Source: an uncultured Planctomycetaceae bacterium (GTDB taxonomy: Bacteria; Planctomycetota; Phycisphaerae; UBA1845; UTPLA1). From it: DNA of 64,000 nt. The stretch is from contig CAZRFP010000001.1 in assembly GCA_964599535.1 (NCBI GenBank), positions 3,558 to 67,557 on the forward strand, read 5' to 3'. Each line of letters starts with the position of its first letter. Position 1 is the first letter of the stretch. A model generated the notes under the pieces. The model was not told the origin of the DNA, did no database searches, and saw nothing but the letters and a program-made list of their open reading frames with translations. Below are positions 8,769 to 17,883 of this stretch, piece by piece. A program made the position numbers and the translations under genes.

Positions 8769-9936
8769 GAAGCGCGGCGGCAAATCCGGCGGCCCTCGAA
8801 AAGTTCGCGTCGACTTCCGCAAGCATTACGAGAAATCCACGCGCGACGGCCTCAAGTGGACGCGCCTCTACCGCGCGCGCGATATCGAACATGAAGACAC
8901 CGCCTCGGTTGAAAACGTCCGCGCCAAAGGCTCGCTCTCGCGCAGACGAACGATCATCGTCGACGAATCCCAGGCCGCTCAACTGAAGCGCGGCGTCGTC
9001 ATTCGCCTGCGCGGGTTAATCGTCGAAGTCGACGATGGCAAGTCAATCTGGGCCTGCACCGTGCGGCAGGTGCTCCGAAAGCTGTTGATCGCCGAGCGCC
9101 ATCCCGTCACGGTCGGTGATCGCGTCGGCTTCATGCCGGTCGAAGTCGGCGGCGAACAGTCGCGAACGGTCAGCGACGAACGCGAATACCCGGAAGGCGT
9201 CATCGACGAAGTCGAGGAACGAACGACGACGCTCGTGCGACACTACGAGCGCAAGCACCAGGCCGTCGCCGCGAACGTCGACAACGTCGTCATCGTTCTC
9301 GCCGCCGCGCAGCCCCCGCTGCGGACGCATCTGATCGATCGATACATCGTCGCGATTCATCTCGGCGGCATGCGACCCGTCGTCTGCATCAACAAGGCCG
9401 ATCTGGATGCCGACGGCGCGGCACTAGAGGCCGTCGAGCGCTACCGGTCGATCGGCTATGCATCGGTGCTTGTTTCCGCCGAGACGGGCGCGGGCGTCGA
9501 TGAGCTGAAGGAGATTCTTCGCGAGCGCACCAGCGTGCTCGTCGGCCCCAGCGGCGTCGGCAAGAGTTCGCTGCTCAACGCGCTCGATCCAAATCTGCGG
9601 CTGAAGATCGGCACGCTGAGCGATCTGGAGCGGGGCCGGCACACGACGACGACGGCGTCGCTACTGAAGTGGGCCTTCGGCGGCTACGTCGTGGACACGC
9701 CGGGCATGCGGCAGTTTGATCTGGTGGCGATCGATTCAGACGAGTTGGAGGCGTATTTCATCGAGTTTTGCGATCGGGTGCGTGAGTGCCGCTTTCCCGA
9801 TTGTTCGCACATCAACGAAGAGGGCTGCGCCATTCGATCCGCCGTTGAGACCGGAGCAATCCACGCCGAGCGATACGAAAGCTATGTTCGCCTGTTCGAA
9901 GAATGCCGCGAAAAAGAACGGAATCGGTATTCTTGA
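8761..9936 (+). CDS. rsgA: ribosome small-subunit-dependent GTPase A
   Basis: Shows circularly permuted GTPase motifs: NKADL, GPSGVGKSSLLNAL, GRHTTT and DTPG. The C-terminal zinc knuckle is CRFPDCSHINEEGC. The GTG start overlaps the anti-sigma stop by 8 nt. Confidence 0.9.
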   Translation: MAKKRGGKSGGPRKVRVDFRKHYEKSTRDGLKWTRLYRARDIEHEDTASVENVRAKGSLSRRRTIIVDESQAAQLKRGVVIRLRGLIVEVDDGKSIWACTVRQVLRKLLIAERHPVTVGDRVGFMPVEVGGEQSRTVSDEREYPEGVIDEVEERTTTLVRHYERKHQAVAANVDNVVIVLAAAQPPLRTHLIDRYIVAIHLGGMRPVVCINKADLDADGAALEAVERYRSIGYASVLVSAETGAGVDELKEILRERTSVLVGPSGVGKSSLLNALDPNLRLKIGTLSDLERGRHTTTTASLLKWAFGGYVVDTPGMRQFDLVAIDSDELEAYFIEFCDRVRECRFPDCSHINEEGCAIRSAVETGAIHAERYESYVRLFEECREKERNRYS

Positions 9937-10086
9937 GTTATTGATCTGGCGAACGATTAGACGATTGTGCGACGACTCAGTGCCTGACGTTGAGCCGGCG
10001 CATTCGCGCCTTCGCGTGTGTTACGATACACGTTGCGGTCGCGCTGTGTTCAGGCATAAATCGTTGCCGTGAAATCGACATCCATG

Positions 10087-10115
10087 AAAAAAGCCCCGAA
10101 CGCTGCGTTCGGGGC
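10087..10115 (-). terminator. rho-independent terminator for the minus-strand MgtC-family unit; may also act on rsgA
   Basis: A 10-bp perfect stem GCCCCGAACG/CGTTCGGGGC lies at 10093-10115. On the minus strand it is followed by TTTTTT (10092-10087). Confidence 0.6.
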
Positions 10116-10184
10116 GGTTATTCAAAAACAATCAAATACGCTCATGCGACGTGGTGCGCCGCAGACAATGCGGTGCAGCGCGGT

Positions 10185-10565
10185 TTACGGTGAATCCGCG
10201 TCAGGCGGCGCGCGAGACAACCGCCCTGCGGTCGATTCTTCACTCAGCGCGGCGGCGGTTGCGAGGGAATCCCGCGGCTCGCCAGCCACGTCGTTCGCGC
10301 GTGACAGCGCGGACTGCAAGTCTGCATTCGGCGCTACGGCCGATTGGACATTCGAAATCGCTTTAGACTGCGGGCCGCCCGGCGCGCTCGCCGAAAGTGC
10401 AGGCCCCATCTCGTAATCAACCACGAATGACGCATCGGACGATTCCGACGCATCCGGCTCCCACGCCACATACGCAAACGCGCACCCGGCGATCACCGCC
10501 AGTGCATAACGACCCATGCGCTGCAATCGTGTCGTCCAAGTTGATGTGTTCGTGTTGCCATCCAT
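10185..10565 (-). CDS. small hypothetical membrane protein
   Basis: Internal ATG at 10565 is preceded by GGGAGA 7 nt upstream. The predicted TM segment is YALAVIAGCAFAYVAW. The longer 219-aa ORF would overlap the upstream MgtC-family gene. No family recognised. Confidence 0.35.
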   Translation of the reverse strand: MDGNTNTSTWTTRLQRMGRYALAVIAGCAFAYVAWEPDASESSDASFVVDYEMGPALSASAPGGPQSKAISNVQSAVAPNADLQSALSRANDVAGEPRDSLATAAALSEESTAGRLSRAPPDADSP

Positions 10566-10797
10566 GACGAGTTCTCCCGCGTCGTGCGTGCTTCGTCCGT
10601 TCGACCATCCTGTCGAACCGTGTCCACGCATCTGCAACTTCATGCCGGTCATGATGATCGGCAGCGCATACGGGAAGTCCCCAGATTTTCCGGAATAAAT
10701 CCTGAGATTTAGCTCAAGTTGAGGCGCGGCCTCTGAACATACTGGCGTGCCGTTTGTTATCGGGACTTGGTGCGGGGCGGGCCCAGCATCGGCCAGC

Positions 10798-11493
10798 TTA
10801 TTCACTCGCCGCCGACAAGACGCCGGGCAGTTCGACGAGTCCACCGAGAAAGCCGCGATGCTCCCGATGGGCGGCGCAGCAGTCGATGCGAATGACGACG
10901 CGGCCGTCTTCGTGTGTCGCCGGACCGGACTTCACATCGTGCGGAAACGAATCGAGGATGGACTGAATTCTGAGCAACGTCTTGCCGGATTCATCGCCCA
11001 GCACCAGCTTCAGCCGTTCGATGCGACAGCGACCGAGCACTACGCGATCAATCGCGCCGGCCGCGCCGAGCGTCGCCAGAATCAGCAACGTGAAGAAAAG
11101 CCCGGCTGCCAGATGGCCTGTGCCGAGAACGACGCCGACGGCGGCCGTTGCCCAGATGCCCGCTGCGGTGGTGACGCCGACGAGCAGTCCGCGTTCACGA
11201 ATGATCGCGCCCGCGCCGAGAAAGCCGATGCCGGAAACGACTTGCGCCGCGACGCGCGCCCGATCGCCGATATGATCGCCGATGATGAGGATCGACGCCT
11301 GCGTGAAGATGGCCGATCCGAGGCAGATTAAGACGAGCGTGCGCAGGCCGGTGGGCTTTCGGGCGCGCTGGCGTTCCAGGCCGATCAGGCCGCCGCAGAC
11401 GACGGCGGCGGCGGTCGAGAGGATGCCGGCCCACTGGGGGCCGACCACTGCGTGAATATCTCCGAGCCAGGGCTGCAACCATTCCGGCATCAT
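10798..11493 (-). CDS. MgtC/SapB family membrane protein
   Basis: Family-typical segments are GLIGLERQRARKPTGLRT and VSGIGFLGAGAII...GVTTAAGIWATAAVG. Confidence 0.85.
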   Translation of the reverse strand: MMPEWLQPWLGDIHAVVGPQWAGILSTAAAVVCGGLIGLERQRARKPTGLRTLVLICLGSAIFTQASILIIGDHIGDRARVAAQVVSGIGFLGAGAIIRERGLLVGVTTAAGIWATAAVGVVLGTGHLAAGLFFTLLILATLGAAGAIDRVVLGRCRIERLKLVLGDESGKTLLRIQSILDSFPHDVKSGPATHEDGRVVIRIDCCAAHREHRGFLGGLVELPGVLSAASE

Positions 11494-11605
11494 GACTTTC
11501 CTCCGAGTGTCCGCCCCTTGCGACCGCCGCGAAAGGCCTATCTAATGTCGGGCTTTCGACTCGTAAATCAAGCGGTTTTCCAACCAAACCGCAAGGAGCG
11601 CACCT

Positions 11606-12928
11606 TTGGATATCGCAAAACTCGAAAAGAAGATCACCAGCAAGAAGGCCCTTATCGGCGTGATGGGCATGGGCTACGTCGGACTGCCGCTGGCGCGGAC
11701 TTTCGGCAAGGCGGGTTATCCCATTCTCGCCTTCGACGTCGATCCGCAGAAGATCAAAATGCTCAACGCCGGCAAGAGCTACATCCAGCACATCCCCGAT
11801 TCGCAGATTCAGACGCTGATCGACTCGAAGCGCTTCCGCGCCACCGCCGACATGGGCGAACTCGGCAAGCCTGACGTCATCGTCATCTGCGTGCCGACGC
11901 CCCTTTCCAAGACGCGCGACCCGGACATGAGCTATGTCGAGTCCACCGCCCACGCCATCGCCAGGACGCTGCGCCCCGGCCAGCTCGTCACCCTCGAATC
12001 CACCACTTATCCCGGAACGACGCGCGATCTGGTCAAGCCCATCCTCGAGAAAGGCAGCAAGCTCAAGGCCGGACGAGATTTCTTCCTCGCCTACAGCCCC
12101 GAGCGCGAAGACCCCGGCCGTCAGGACTACACCACCGAGACCATTCCCAAGGTCGTCGGCGGCTACGACGCGAAGAGCCGACGCCTCGCGATGGCGCTCT
12201 ATTCAAACTCGATCGCCAAGGCCGTGCCCGTGGCGAACTGCGAAGTCGCCGAGGCCGCGAAGATTCTGGAAAACGTCTACCGCTGCGTCAACATCGCCAT
12301 GGTCAATGAGCTGAAGGTGCTCTTCGACAAGATGGGCATCGACGTGTGGGACGTGATCAACGCCGCCAAGACCAAGCCCTTCGGCTTTTCCGCGTTCTAT
12401 CCCGGCCCCGGCCTCGGCGGCCACTGCATCCCCATCGATCCGTTCTACCTCACCTGGAAGGCCCGGCAGTACGGCGAGTCGACGCGCTTCATCGAGCTGG
12501 CCGGCGAGATCAACACCCACATGCCGGAATACGTCATCAACCGGCTGGCCATGGCGCTCAACGACCGCAAGAAGTCGATCAAAGGCTCGCGCATCCTCGT
12601 GCTCGGCCTGGCCTACAAGAAAGACGTGGACGACATCCGCGAAAGCCCGAGCATCGAGCTGATCCACATCCTCCGCGACCGCGGGGCGCTGGTCGATTAC
12701 AACGACCCCCACGTGCCCAAGACCCACAAGGGCCGCGAGCACGATCTGCGCATGGTGTCGGTCCCGCTGACGGCGGCCAACCTGAAGAAGTACGACGCCG
12801 TGCTCATCTCGACCGATCACTCGGCCTACGACTACGGCTTCATCGTTCGCAACGCCAGGCTGGTGGTCGACGCGCGCAACGCCACCATCGGCGTGAAGCG
12901 CGGCCGCGAGAAGATCGTGAAGGCGTGA
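11606..12928 (+). CDS. nucleotide-sugar (UDP-N-acetylhexosamine-type) dehydrogenase
   Basis: Rossmann motif GVMGMGYVGLP; family motifs VPTPL, ESTTYPGTT, YSPERxDPG and GGHCIP. The TTG start is preceded by AAGGAG 6 nt upstream. Confidence 0.85.
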   Translation: MDIAKLEKKITSKKALIGVMGMGYVGLPLARTFGKAGYPILAFDVDPQKIKMLNAGKSYIQHIPDSQIQTLIDSKRFRATADMGELGKPDVIVICVPTPLSKTRDPDMSYVESTAHAIARTLRPGQLVTLESTTYPGTTRDLVKPILEKGSKLKAGRDFFLAYSPEREDPGRQDYTTETIPKVVGGYDAKSRRLAMALYSNSIAKAVPVANCEVAEAAKILENVYRCVNIAMVNELKVLFDKMGIDVWDVINAAKTKPFGFSAFYPGPGLGGHCIPIDPFYLTWKARQYGESTRFIELAGEINTHMPEYVINRLAMALNDRKKSIKGSRILVLGLAYKKDVDDIRESPSIELIHILRDRGALVDYNDPHVPKTHKGREHDLRMVSVPLTAANLKKYDAVLISTDHSAYDYGFIVRNARLVVDARNATIGVKRGREKIVKA

Positions 12929-12949
12929 GGCCGGACGTGGAATTGGGCC

Positions 12950-13244
12950 CCATGTGCCCGATTTCGTGCCTGAAACACCCCGTTTCCGGCCCCATTTGCC
13001 CCGTTTGGCGCCCGAAACGCTCCGTTTGTGACACTTTTTGAAGCAAAAAGTGACACAAATGCGCCGTTTATGTACGGAAACGCCCGTTTGATGACCCGAA
13101 ATGCCCCGTTCATGGCCGGAAACGCGCGGTTCAGGGTCAGAAATGCAGGGTTTATGGCCGGAAATCCCGCGTTGATGACCGGAAATGCAGGGTTTATGAC
13201 CCGAAATGCACGGTGGATGACCCGAAACAGGCGGCCCGTGGGCG
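12950..13244. repeat. tandem array 1: about 13 phased units of a degenerate 21-bp repeat (consensus about ATGACCGGAAATGCAGGGTTT)
   Basis: GAAA(T/C) cores start at 12972, 13014, 13056 (CAAAT), 13077, 13098, 13119, 13140, 13161, 13182, 13203 and 13224. All spacings are exact multiples of 21. Confidence 0.85.
13025..13059. repeat. AT-rich inverted repeat embedded in array 1
   Basis: TTTGTGACACTTTTT-gaagc-AAAAAGTGACACAAA, with 15-nt arms and one mismatch. It sits about 100 bp downstream of the dehydrogenase stop. Confidence 0.75.
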
Positions 13245-13267
13245 TGGATGGCCGCATTGTCGCGAGG

Positions 13268-13338
13268 GGATGATGGAGCCTGTACGCACCGGCGAGACGC
13301 CGATGCTCCCCGGCCCTGTCAGTGGTTGGACCCGGTCT
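13268..13338 (+). repeat. partial copy D of the dispersed ~100-bp repeat (core only)
   Basis: ACGCACCGGCGAGACGCCGATGCTCCCCGG matches the core of copies A, B and C. It lies between the two 21-bp arrays. Confidence 0.55.
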
Positions 13339-13339
13339 G

Positions 13340-13510
13340 CCCGACACCCGGATTCCAGCCCCCGGTACCGGGTTTCAGGCCCCCTGTACCGGATTTCAGG
13401 TCCCCGGTACCCGGTTTCAGGCCCCCGTGGTCCGGTTTCGAGCACCAGGTTCCAAGCCTCAAGCCCCCTGCACCCGGCTTTAGGCCCCCGTCGCCCGGTC
13501 GCCAGCCGCC
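13340..13510. repeat. tandem array 2: about 7-8 phased units of a second 21-bp repeat (consensus about GTACCGGTTTCAGGCCCCCG)
   Basis: TTC cores occur at 13353, 13374, 13395, 13416, 13437 and 13479 (TTT), with a degenerate unit at 13458. The period is exactly 21 bp. Confidence 0.75.
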
Positions 13511-13518
13511 CGGCTCCG

Positions 13519-15006
13519 CTATCGGCCCCGCTCACTCAGGACCGGCGGGGTCGTTGGCTCGGGCAGGCCCTCGGCCATCGATCGGCGAGGGTGGGCGTGG
13601 CGCACCCCCGTCTTCGTGTCGAAAAAGTTGAGCATCAGGCTGTAGAAGTAGTCCTTGCAGTAGGCCGCGAAGCCGTCGTGGCCACCCCCCTTGAGGATGA
13701 TGCCGGCGACGTTGGGGTTTTTCGTTTCGGCGAAGACGTCGGCGACCTCCTGGGCGTAGGCCAGCGGATCGTCGGAGGCGTGCAGGATCAGCACCGGCAC
13801 GCGGGCCGACTCCAGCTTGCGGCCGGAGGGGCGGCCCTTGTAGGGCAGGAAGCGCAGATAGTCGAAGCCGTCGTCCATGAAGCCGTCGTAATCGAAGCCC
13901 GAGTCGACCAGCTCGCGATGGATGAGGCGGCGCAGGCTGCCGTCAACATCGTCGTAACCGCGCAGCCTGGCCCGCCAGTTGACCGTGTTCTGCACGGCGT
14001 TGAGCACGGGGTTTTTGAGGATGGGCCACTGATGATCGAGGGCATCGACGGTGTTGGTCTCGAAGTCGAGCACCGGCGAGATGCAGAAGACGCCGGCCTT
14101 GAAGTAGAGCTGGTCGCCACGCGGATGGAGAAACGGCTTCAGCCGGGGAGAAACGCTGGGGTGGTCGTCATCGCGGCCGTTTTCCCAGACGGCGAGAAGT
14201 GCGACGTTGGCGTTCCAACTGAAGGCGACGACGCCGGTCTCGCGCACGTGCGGCAGGGCCTCGACCCAGCGGGCGACGGCGATGAGATCGCCGGCCTCAA
14301 GAGTGCCGTAGTTGTAGGGGATGTCGGGGTAGCGGGCGTGGGTCTGGCCGTGGCCGCGGAACTCGAGCGAGAGGACGTGATAGCCGGCATCGGTGAAGAA
14401 GGCGCCGATGTCACGGGCGCGTTTTCGCATGTTGTCGCCGAGCAGGCCGGGCAGCAGGATGATGCAGTCCGCTTCGACGATGCGGCCGCCCTCGCGCGCC
14501 CAGCCGACGCGGGCCGAGAGGCTGAGCGTGTCGTTGATGGGAACCCAGATGTCGTCGAAGCCGTCCCAGGGCGGCGCGGGGTTAATGGTGGCGTTGGTGC
14601 TGCCGGTGACTTGCGCCGTGTGGGAGATGCCGGAGAGATTGCCGATGAGGGTGTGGAGCATCGACTTGATCTTGCGGAAGTGGGCGAAGACATCGACGGG
14701 CTTGCCGGATGCGTCCGTCAACTGCTCGGTGACGAGGGGTCGAAGCCGGCGCTCGTCATAGGGAAGCAGATGGGCCAACTCGACGTGCGCTCGGCGGGTC
14801 CATTCGCGCACGTTGCGGGGGGGGTGGTCTTCCTTGTAACCGACCGGGATGACATCCTGCGGATCGTAAGTAAAGGACCGCTCCGAAAAACAGCCGGCGC
14901 ACAGAGCGAGGACGAATATGGATGCGGGGGCGAGGGAATGACGGGGATTGAACAAGGAACTCTCCAGGAGCGACGCCCGCCGGTTGCGAACTTTCGCGCC
15001 AAGCAC
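13519..15006 (-). CDS. alpha/beta-hydrolase fold protein (YheT/ABHD-like), probably secreted or lipid-anchored
   Basis: Hydrophobic N-terminus is SIFVLALCAGC. Has an HGQT oxyanion-region-like segment. The nucleophile region reads VVAFSWNANV. Later segments are HASDDP and GGGHDGF. GTG start. Confidence 0.7.
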   Translation of the reverse strand: MLGAKVRNRRASLLESSLFNPRHSLAPASIFVLALCAGCFSERSFTYDPQDVIPVGYKEDHPPRNVREWTRRAHVELAHLLPYDERRLRPLVTEQLTDASGKPVDVFAHFRKIKSMLHTLIGNLSGISHTAQVTGSTNATINPAPPWDGFDDIWVPINDTLSLSARVGWAREGGRIVEADCIILLPGLLGDNMRKRARDIGAFFTDAGYHVLSLEFRGHGQTHARYPDIPYNYGTLEAGDLIAVARWVEALPHVRETGVVAFSWNANVALLAVWENGRDDDHPSVSPRLKPFLHPRGDQLYFKAGVFCISPVLDFETNTVDALDHQWPILKNPVLNAVQNTVNWRARLRGYDDVDGSLRRLIHRELVDSGFDYDGFMDDGFDYLRFLPYKGRPSGRKLESARVPVLILHASDDPLAYAQEVADVFAETKNPNVAGIILKGGGHDGFAAYCKDYFYSLMLNFFDTKTGVRHAHPRRSMAEGLPEPTTPPVLSERGR

Positions 15007-15448
15007 GGGGGGGCGACATCATCCGAATCGATTCGATACGAATCCTCAGCCGAGATCGGGACCGAGCCGGCGGATTCACGTTCGCGCGAGATTGCAGAGG
15101 ACAGCCTAACCGCAAGTGGCTGGCTCGGTCTACGTCAATTATATCGTGCGGTCGTTTCCGCAATCGGCTGCGTCGTTTAGGATGTCGGCGGTCGGCTGAA
15201 GGTTACGCCGGGCGGGGGCTGATGGGAACGAAGCACAGGCTGCTGCGTCCACGGCCACGGCGGGCGGCAAATATTTTGCCGATTTTCGATCGAATCCGAC
15301 CCGGGCTAACTTGATTCATGCGGCCAAGTTGTAAATACTATGGCCGCTTAACAGATCTGACCGGGCGCGGGCAAAGACTCAGCCGCGCGATGGGCTGCCA
15401 AGGAACCCGCCGCTGGGCGGTGGCTTGTCATTTTCGGGAGCGTGGTTG

Positions 15449-16399
15449 ATGGGTGCGGTCGAGATTCGGGATTTGCATCGAAACCCCCAGAGCAACGTCG
15501 TGCCGATGTTGCTCAACCTGGGTGGGGTTGCGATTGCGCTGACCGCGCTCGCCACGGGCTGGCCGTCCGACAACTGGCTTTGGACATCGGCCTGGATACT
15601 CTGGCTGACCTACTTCCAGCACACCTGGATGACGATCTTTCACGAAGACGTTCACTACGCCTTGTACCGCGCCAAGTGGCACAACATCATGAACGGCATG
15701 ATCGTCGGCACGCTGCTGACCGTGCCGTTCGCCGTCTACCGACACGTTCACATCCGCCATCACAACCGGATGAACCATCCGGAGGATTGGGAACTGTGGC
15801 CGTATGTTGATCCGTCGAAATCGCTGGGCTTTCGGCGGGTGTTCATGATCTTTGACGTGGTCTTGGGCTTGTGGGTCGCGCCGCTGATTTACAGCCGCAT
15901 CTTCTGGTCGAAGAACTCTCCGCTGAAGGAGCCGTCGCAGCGCCGGCGCATCCTGCTGGAGTACGCGATCATCCTGATCTTCTGGGGAGCGATCTGGGGG
16001 CTTGTTGCATACACCGGTGCGTGGTGGCTCTTCGCGAAGATGTACCTGATACCGGCGTGGCTTTCAGGCGTCGTGCAGACCTTCCGCAAGTTCACCGAGC
16101 ATCTGGGCCTGCCGCTGGGCACGCCGATGGAGGGGGCGCGCACGGTGATTCCGCAGGATGCGCTCGGCAAGGCCGTCGCGTATACGAGCTTTCATATCAC
16201 GGCCCACGGCGTGCATCATCAGTATCCGCAGATGCCGCACGAGAATCTCGAAAAGGCGCTGGCCGTGGAGCGCGAAGCCCATCCAGACGCGCCGGTGTTT
16301 AACAGCCATGTCAGGGCTTTTTGCGACATGGTCCGCCATCTCTGGCATCCCGGCATCGGTGTCAACGCGCGGTCCGCCTCGACGGCGAGCGACAATTAG
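15449..16399 (+). CDS. fatty acid desaturase family membrane protein
   Basis: Three histidine boxes: HEDVH, HIRHH and HGVHH. Several TM segments. The ATG is preceded by GGGAG 8 nt upstream; the alternative start is TTG 15425. Confidence 0.8.
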   Translation: MGAVEIRDLHRNPQSNVVPMLLNLGGVAIALTALATGWPSDNWLWTSAWILWLTYFQHTWMTIFHEDVHYALYRAKWHNIMNGMIVGTLLTVPFAVYRHVHIRHHNRMNHPEDWELWPYVDPSKSLGFRRVFMIFDVVLGLWVAPLIYSRIFWSKNSPLKEPSQRRRILLEYAIILIFWGAIWGLVAYTGAWWLFAKMYLIPAWLSGVVQTFRKFTEHLGLPLGTPMEGARTVIPQDALGKAVAYTSFHITAHGVHHQYPQMPHENLEKALAVEREAHPDAPVFNSHVRAFCDMVRHLWHPGIGVNARSASTASDN

Positions 16400-16453
16400 T
16401 CCGCTTTCAACCGCCGCCGACAATCCGCGACACTCAACAGACGTGGACGACAC

Positions 16454-17812
16454 ATGAAAGAATGGTATTTTCCAGGCCCGCTCGACGTGTTGCTTCGCCA
16501 TCCGCGGCGCAGCGCCGACGAGCTGCGCGCCATGGCTGATGCCCAGCTTCGCAGGCTGCTCGTTCACGCCGGCGCGCATGTGCCACTGTATCGCGATTTG
16601 TGGCGGCGCGCGGGGTTTGATCCGCGCGACGTCAAGACCGCCGACGATCTGCGGTCCGCGCCGATGGTCGACAAGGACACGATCGTCAGCGCCGGCGATG
16701 CGGCGGTGGATGAGCGCCTGGTCCATCAGCCATTGGACACGATGAGCACGAGCGGCACGTCGGGGCGTTCGATCACGATCCGCCGCATTCCGCGCGAGAT
16801 GCGGCTTGCGCGGCGCTCGTATCTGCGTTCGCTCATGCTGGTCGGCGGCCGCCCGTGGCATCGCACGGTCACCATGGCGAGCACCTGGCTGGCAAAGAAA
16901 AAGGGGCTGATCATGAGCGTGATCGCCCGGGCGAAGTACATCCACCCGCAAACGCCGATCGACGAGCAGATTCGCTTGCTGCATGAATTTCGGGCGCAAT
17001 ATCTGATCGGACAGACGGGCGGTCTTTATCTGCTGGCGCGGGAGCTTCTGCGGCGCTCAGAGCGTTTTCCGCTTCGAATCGTCGCGCCGACCGGTGCAAC
17101 GCTGATGCCGCCGATGCGCGAGGCGCTGCGCGAGGCCTTCGGCGTCGATCCGCGCGATCTGTACGGCGCGGTCGAACTTGGCGCGGTGTCATGGCAATGT
17201 CGTAGCGGCAGCTACCATGTCGATGCCGATCGAATGATCGTCGAAATCGTCGACGAGGCCGGGCGACCGGTGCCGACGGGCGAAACCGGACAGGTCGTCT
17301 GCACGAGCCTGTTCGGCTATACGATGCCGCTGATTCGTTATCGACTGCTGGATGTGGCGTCGTTGTTGCCCGGCGCATGTCCTTGCGGGCTGGCGTTTCC
17401 GATGATGGGTCCGGTGCAGGGGCGGATCAACGACTTTCTGCCGACGCCGCGCGGCGATCTCGTCTCGCCGCATTATCTGTATCACATATTCGACCATGCC
17501 GGCAGTCATCCGGTGAAAGAGTGGCGGATCATCCAGCACGCGGTTGATTCGATGACGTACGAGTACGTGCCCGAAGACCGCTTCGACCCGAATGCGCTTG
17601 AACACGGGATGAACGTGATTCGCGATCGCTTCGGGCCAAAGCTGCGACTTGAAGTGCGCCGCGTAGACAGCGTGCCGATGACGCCGAACGGCAAGCGGAC
17701 GTGCATCGTGTCCGAATTGAAGCCGGACGACTTCGGCGGCATGCGCCCGTGGGACGCGGCGGCCGCCGCGGGAATGTCGAGCGATCTGGAGAAACAGTTG
17801 ACAGCGGTGTGA
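16454..17812 (+). CDS. adenylate-forming enzyme, phenylacetate-CoA ligase / coenzyme F390 synthetase (CapK-like) family
   Basis: Motifs are TSGTSGRS (a variant of the AMP-binding TSGTTG), YGAVELG, and a C-terminal NGKR lysine region. Length is 452 aa. Confidence 0.7.
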   Translation: MKEWYFPGPLDVLLRHPRRSADELRAMADAQLRRLLVHAGAHVPLYRDLWRRAGFDPRDVKTADDLRSAPMVDKDTIVSAGDAAVDERLVHQPLDTMSTSGTSGRSITIRRIPREMRLARRSYLRSLMLVGGRPWHRTVTMASTWLAKKKGLIMSVIARAKYIHPQTPIDEQIRLLHEFRAQYLIGQTGGLYLLARELLRRSERFPLRIVAPTGATLMPPMREALREAFGVDPRDLYGAVELGAVSWQCRSGSYHVDADRMIVEIVDEAGRPVPTGETGQVVCTSLFGYTMPLIRYRLLDVASLLPGACPCGLAFPMMGPVQGRINDFLPTPRGDLVSPHYLYHIFDHAGSHPVKEWRIIQHAVDSMTYEYVPEDRFDPNALEHGMNVIRDRFGPKLRLEVRRVDSVPMTPNGKRTCIVSELKPDDFGGMRPWDAAAAAGMSSDLEKQLTAV

Positions 17813-17883
17813 TGTCGTCGCCGCGCGGCGATGGGCACTGCTGCAGTGTCAAACAGGAAAACGCCTGATTCGAATTGAGACCG

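Noticed and set aside
12832-13347. Heptad-repeat peptides encoded by the 21-bp arrays (ORFs 12832-13347(-) and 13028-13273(+))
   Set aside because: Several frames on both strands are open simply because the unit length is a multiple of 3. There is no RBS or credible start. The minus ORF would overlap the 3' end of the dehydrogenase gene.
12950-13510. CRISPR array
   Set aside because: The 21-bp units abut each other with no unique spacers. The units are degenerate rather than near-identical, and no cas genes are present in the window.
13213-15180. 655-aa plus-strand ORF, along with similar long antisense ORFs at 3697-4962(-), 5044-6210(+), 16064-16999(-), 24897-25976(-), 49941-51053(-), 51687-52553(-) and 59431-60474(+)
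   Set aside because: Each lies fully antisense to a gene with clear family motifs. Their products are Arg/Ala/Gly/Asp-rich low-complexity sequence, typical of stop-poor shadow frames in high-GC DNA.
15311-15341. Sigma-70-like promoter (TTGATT ... TAAATA/TACTAT) in the divergent region upstream of the desaturase operon
   Set aside because: The hexamer spacing is ambiguous (15 or 19 nt) and there is no supporting palindrome. This is too weak to report as a feature.
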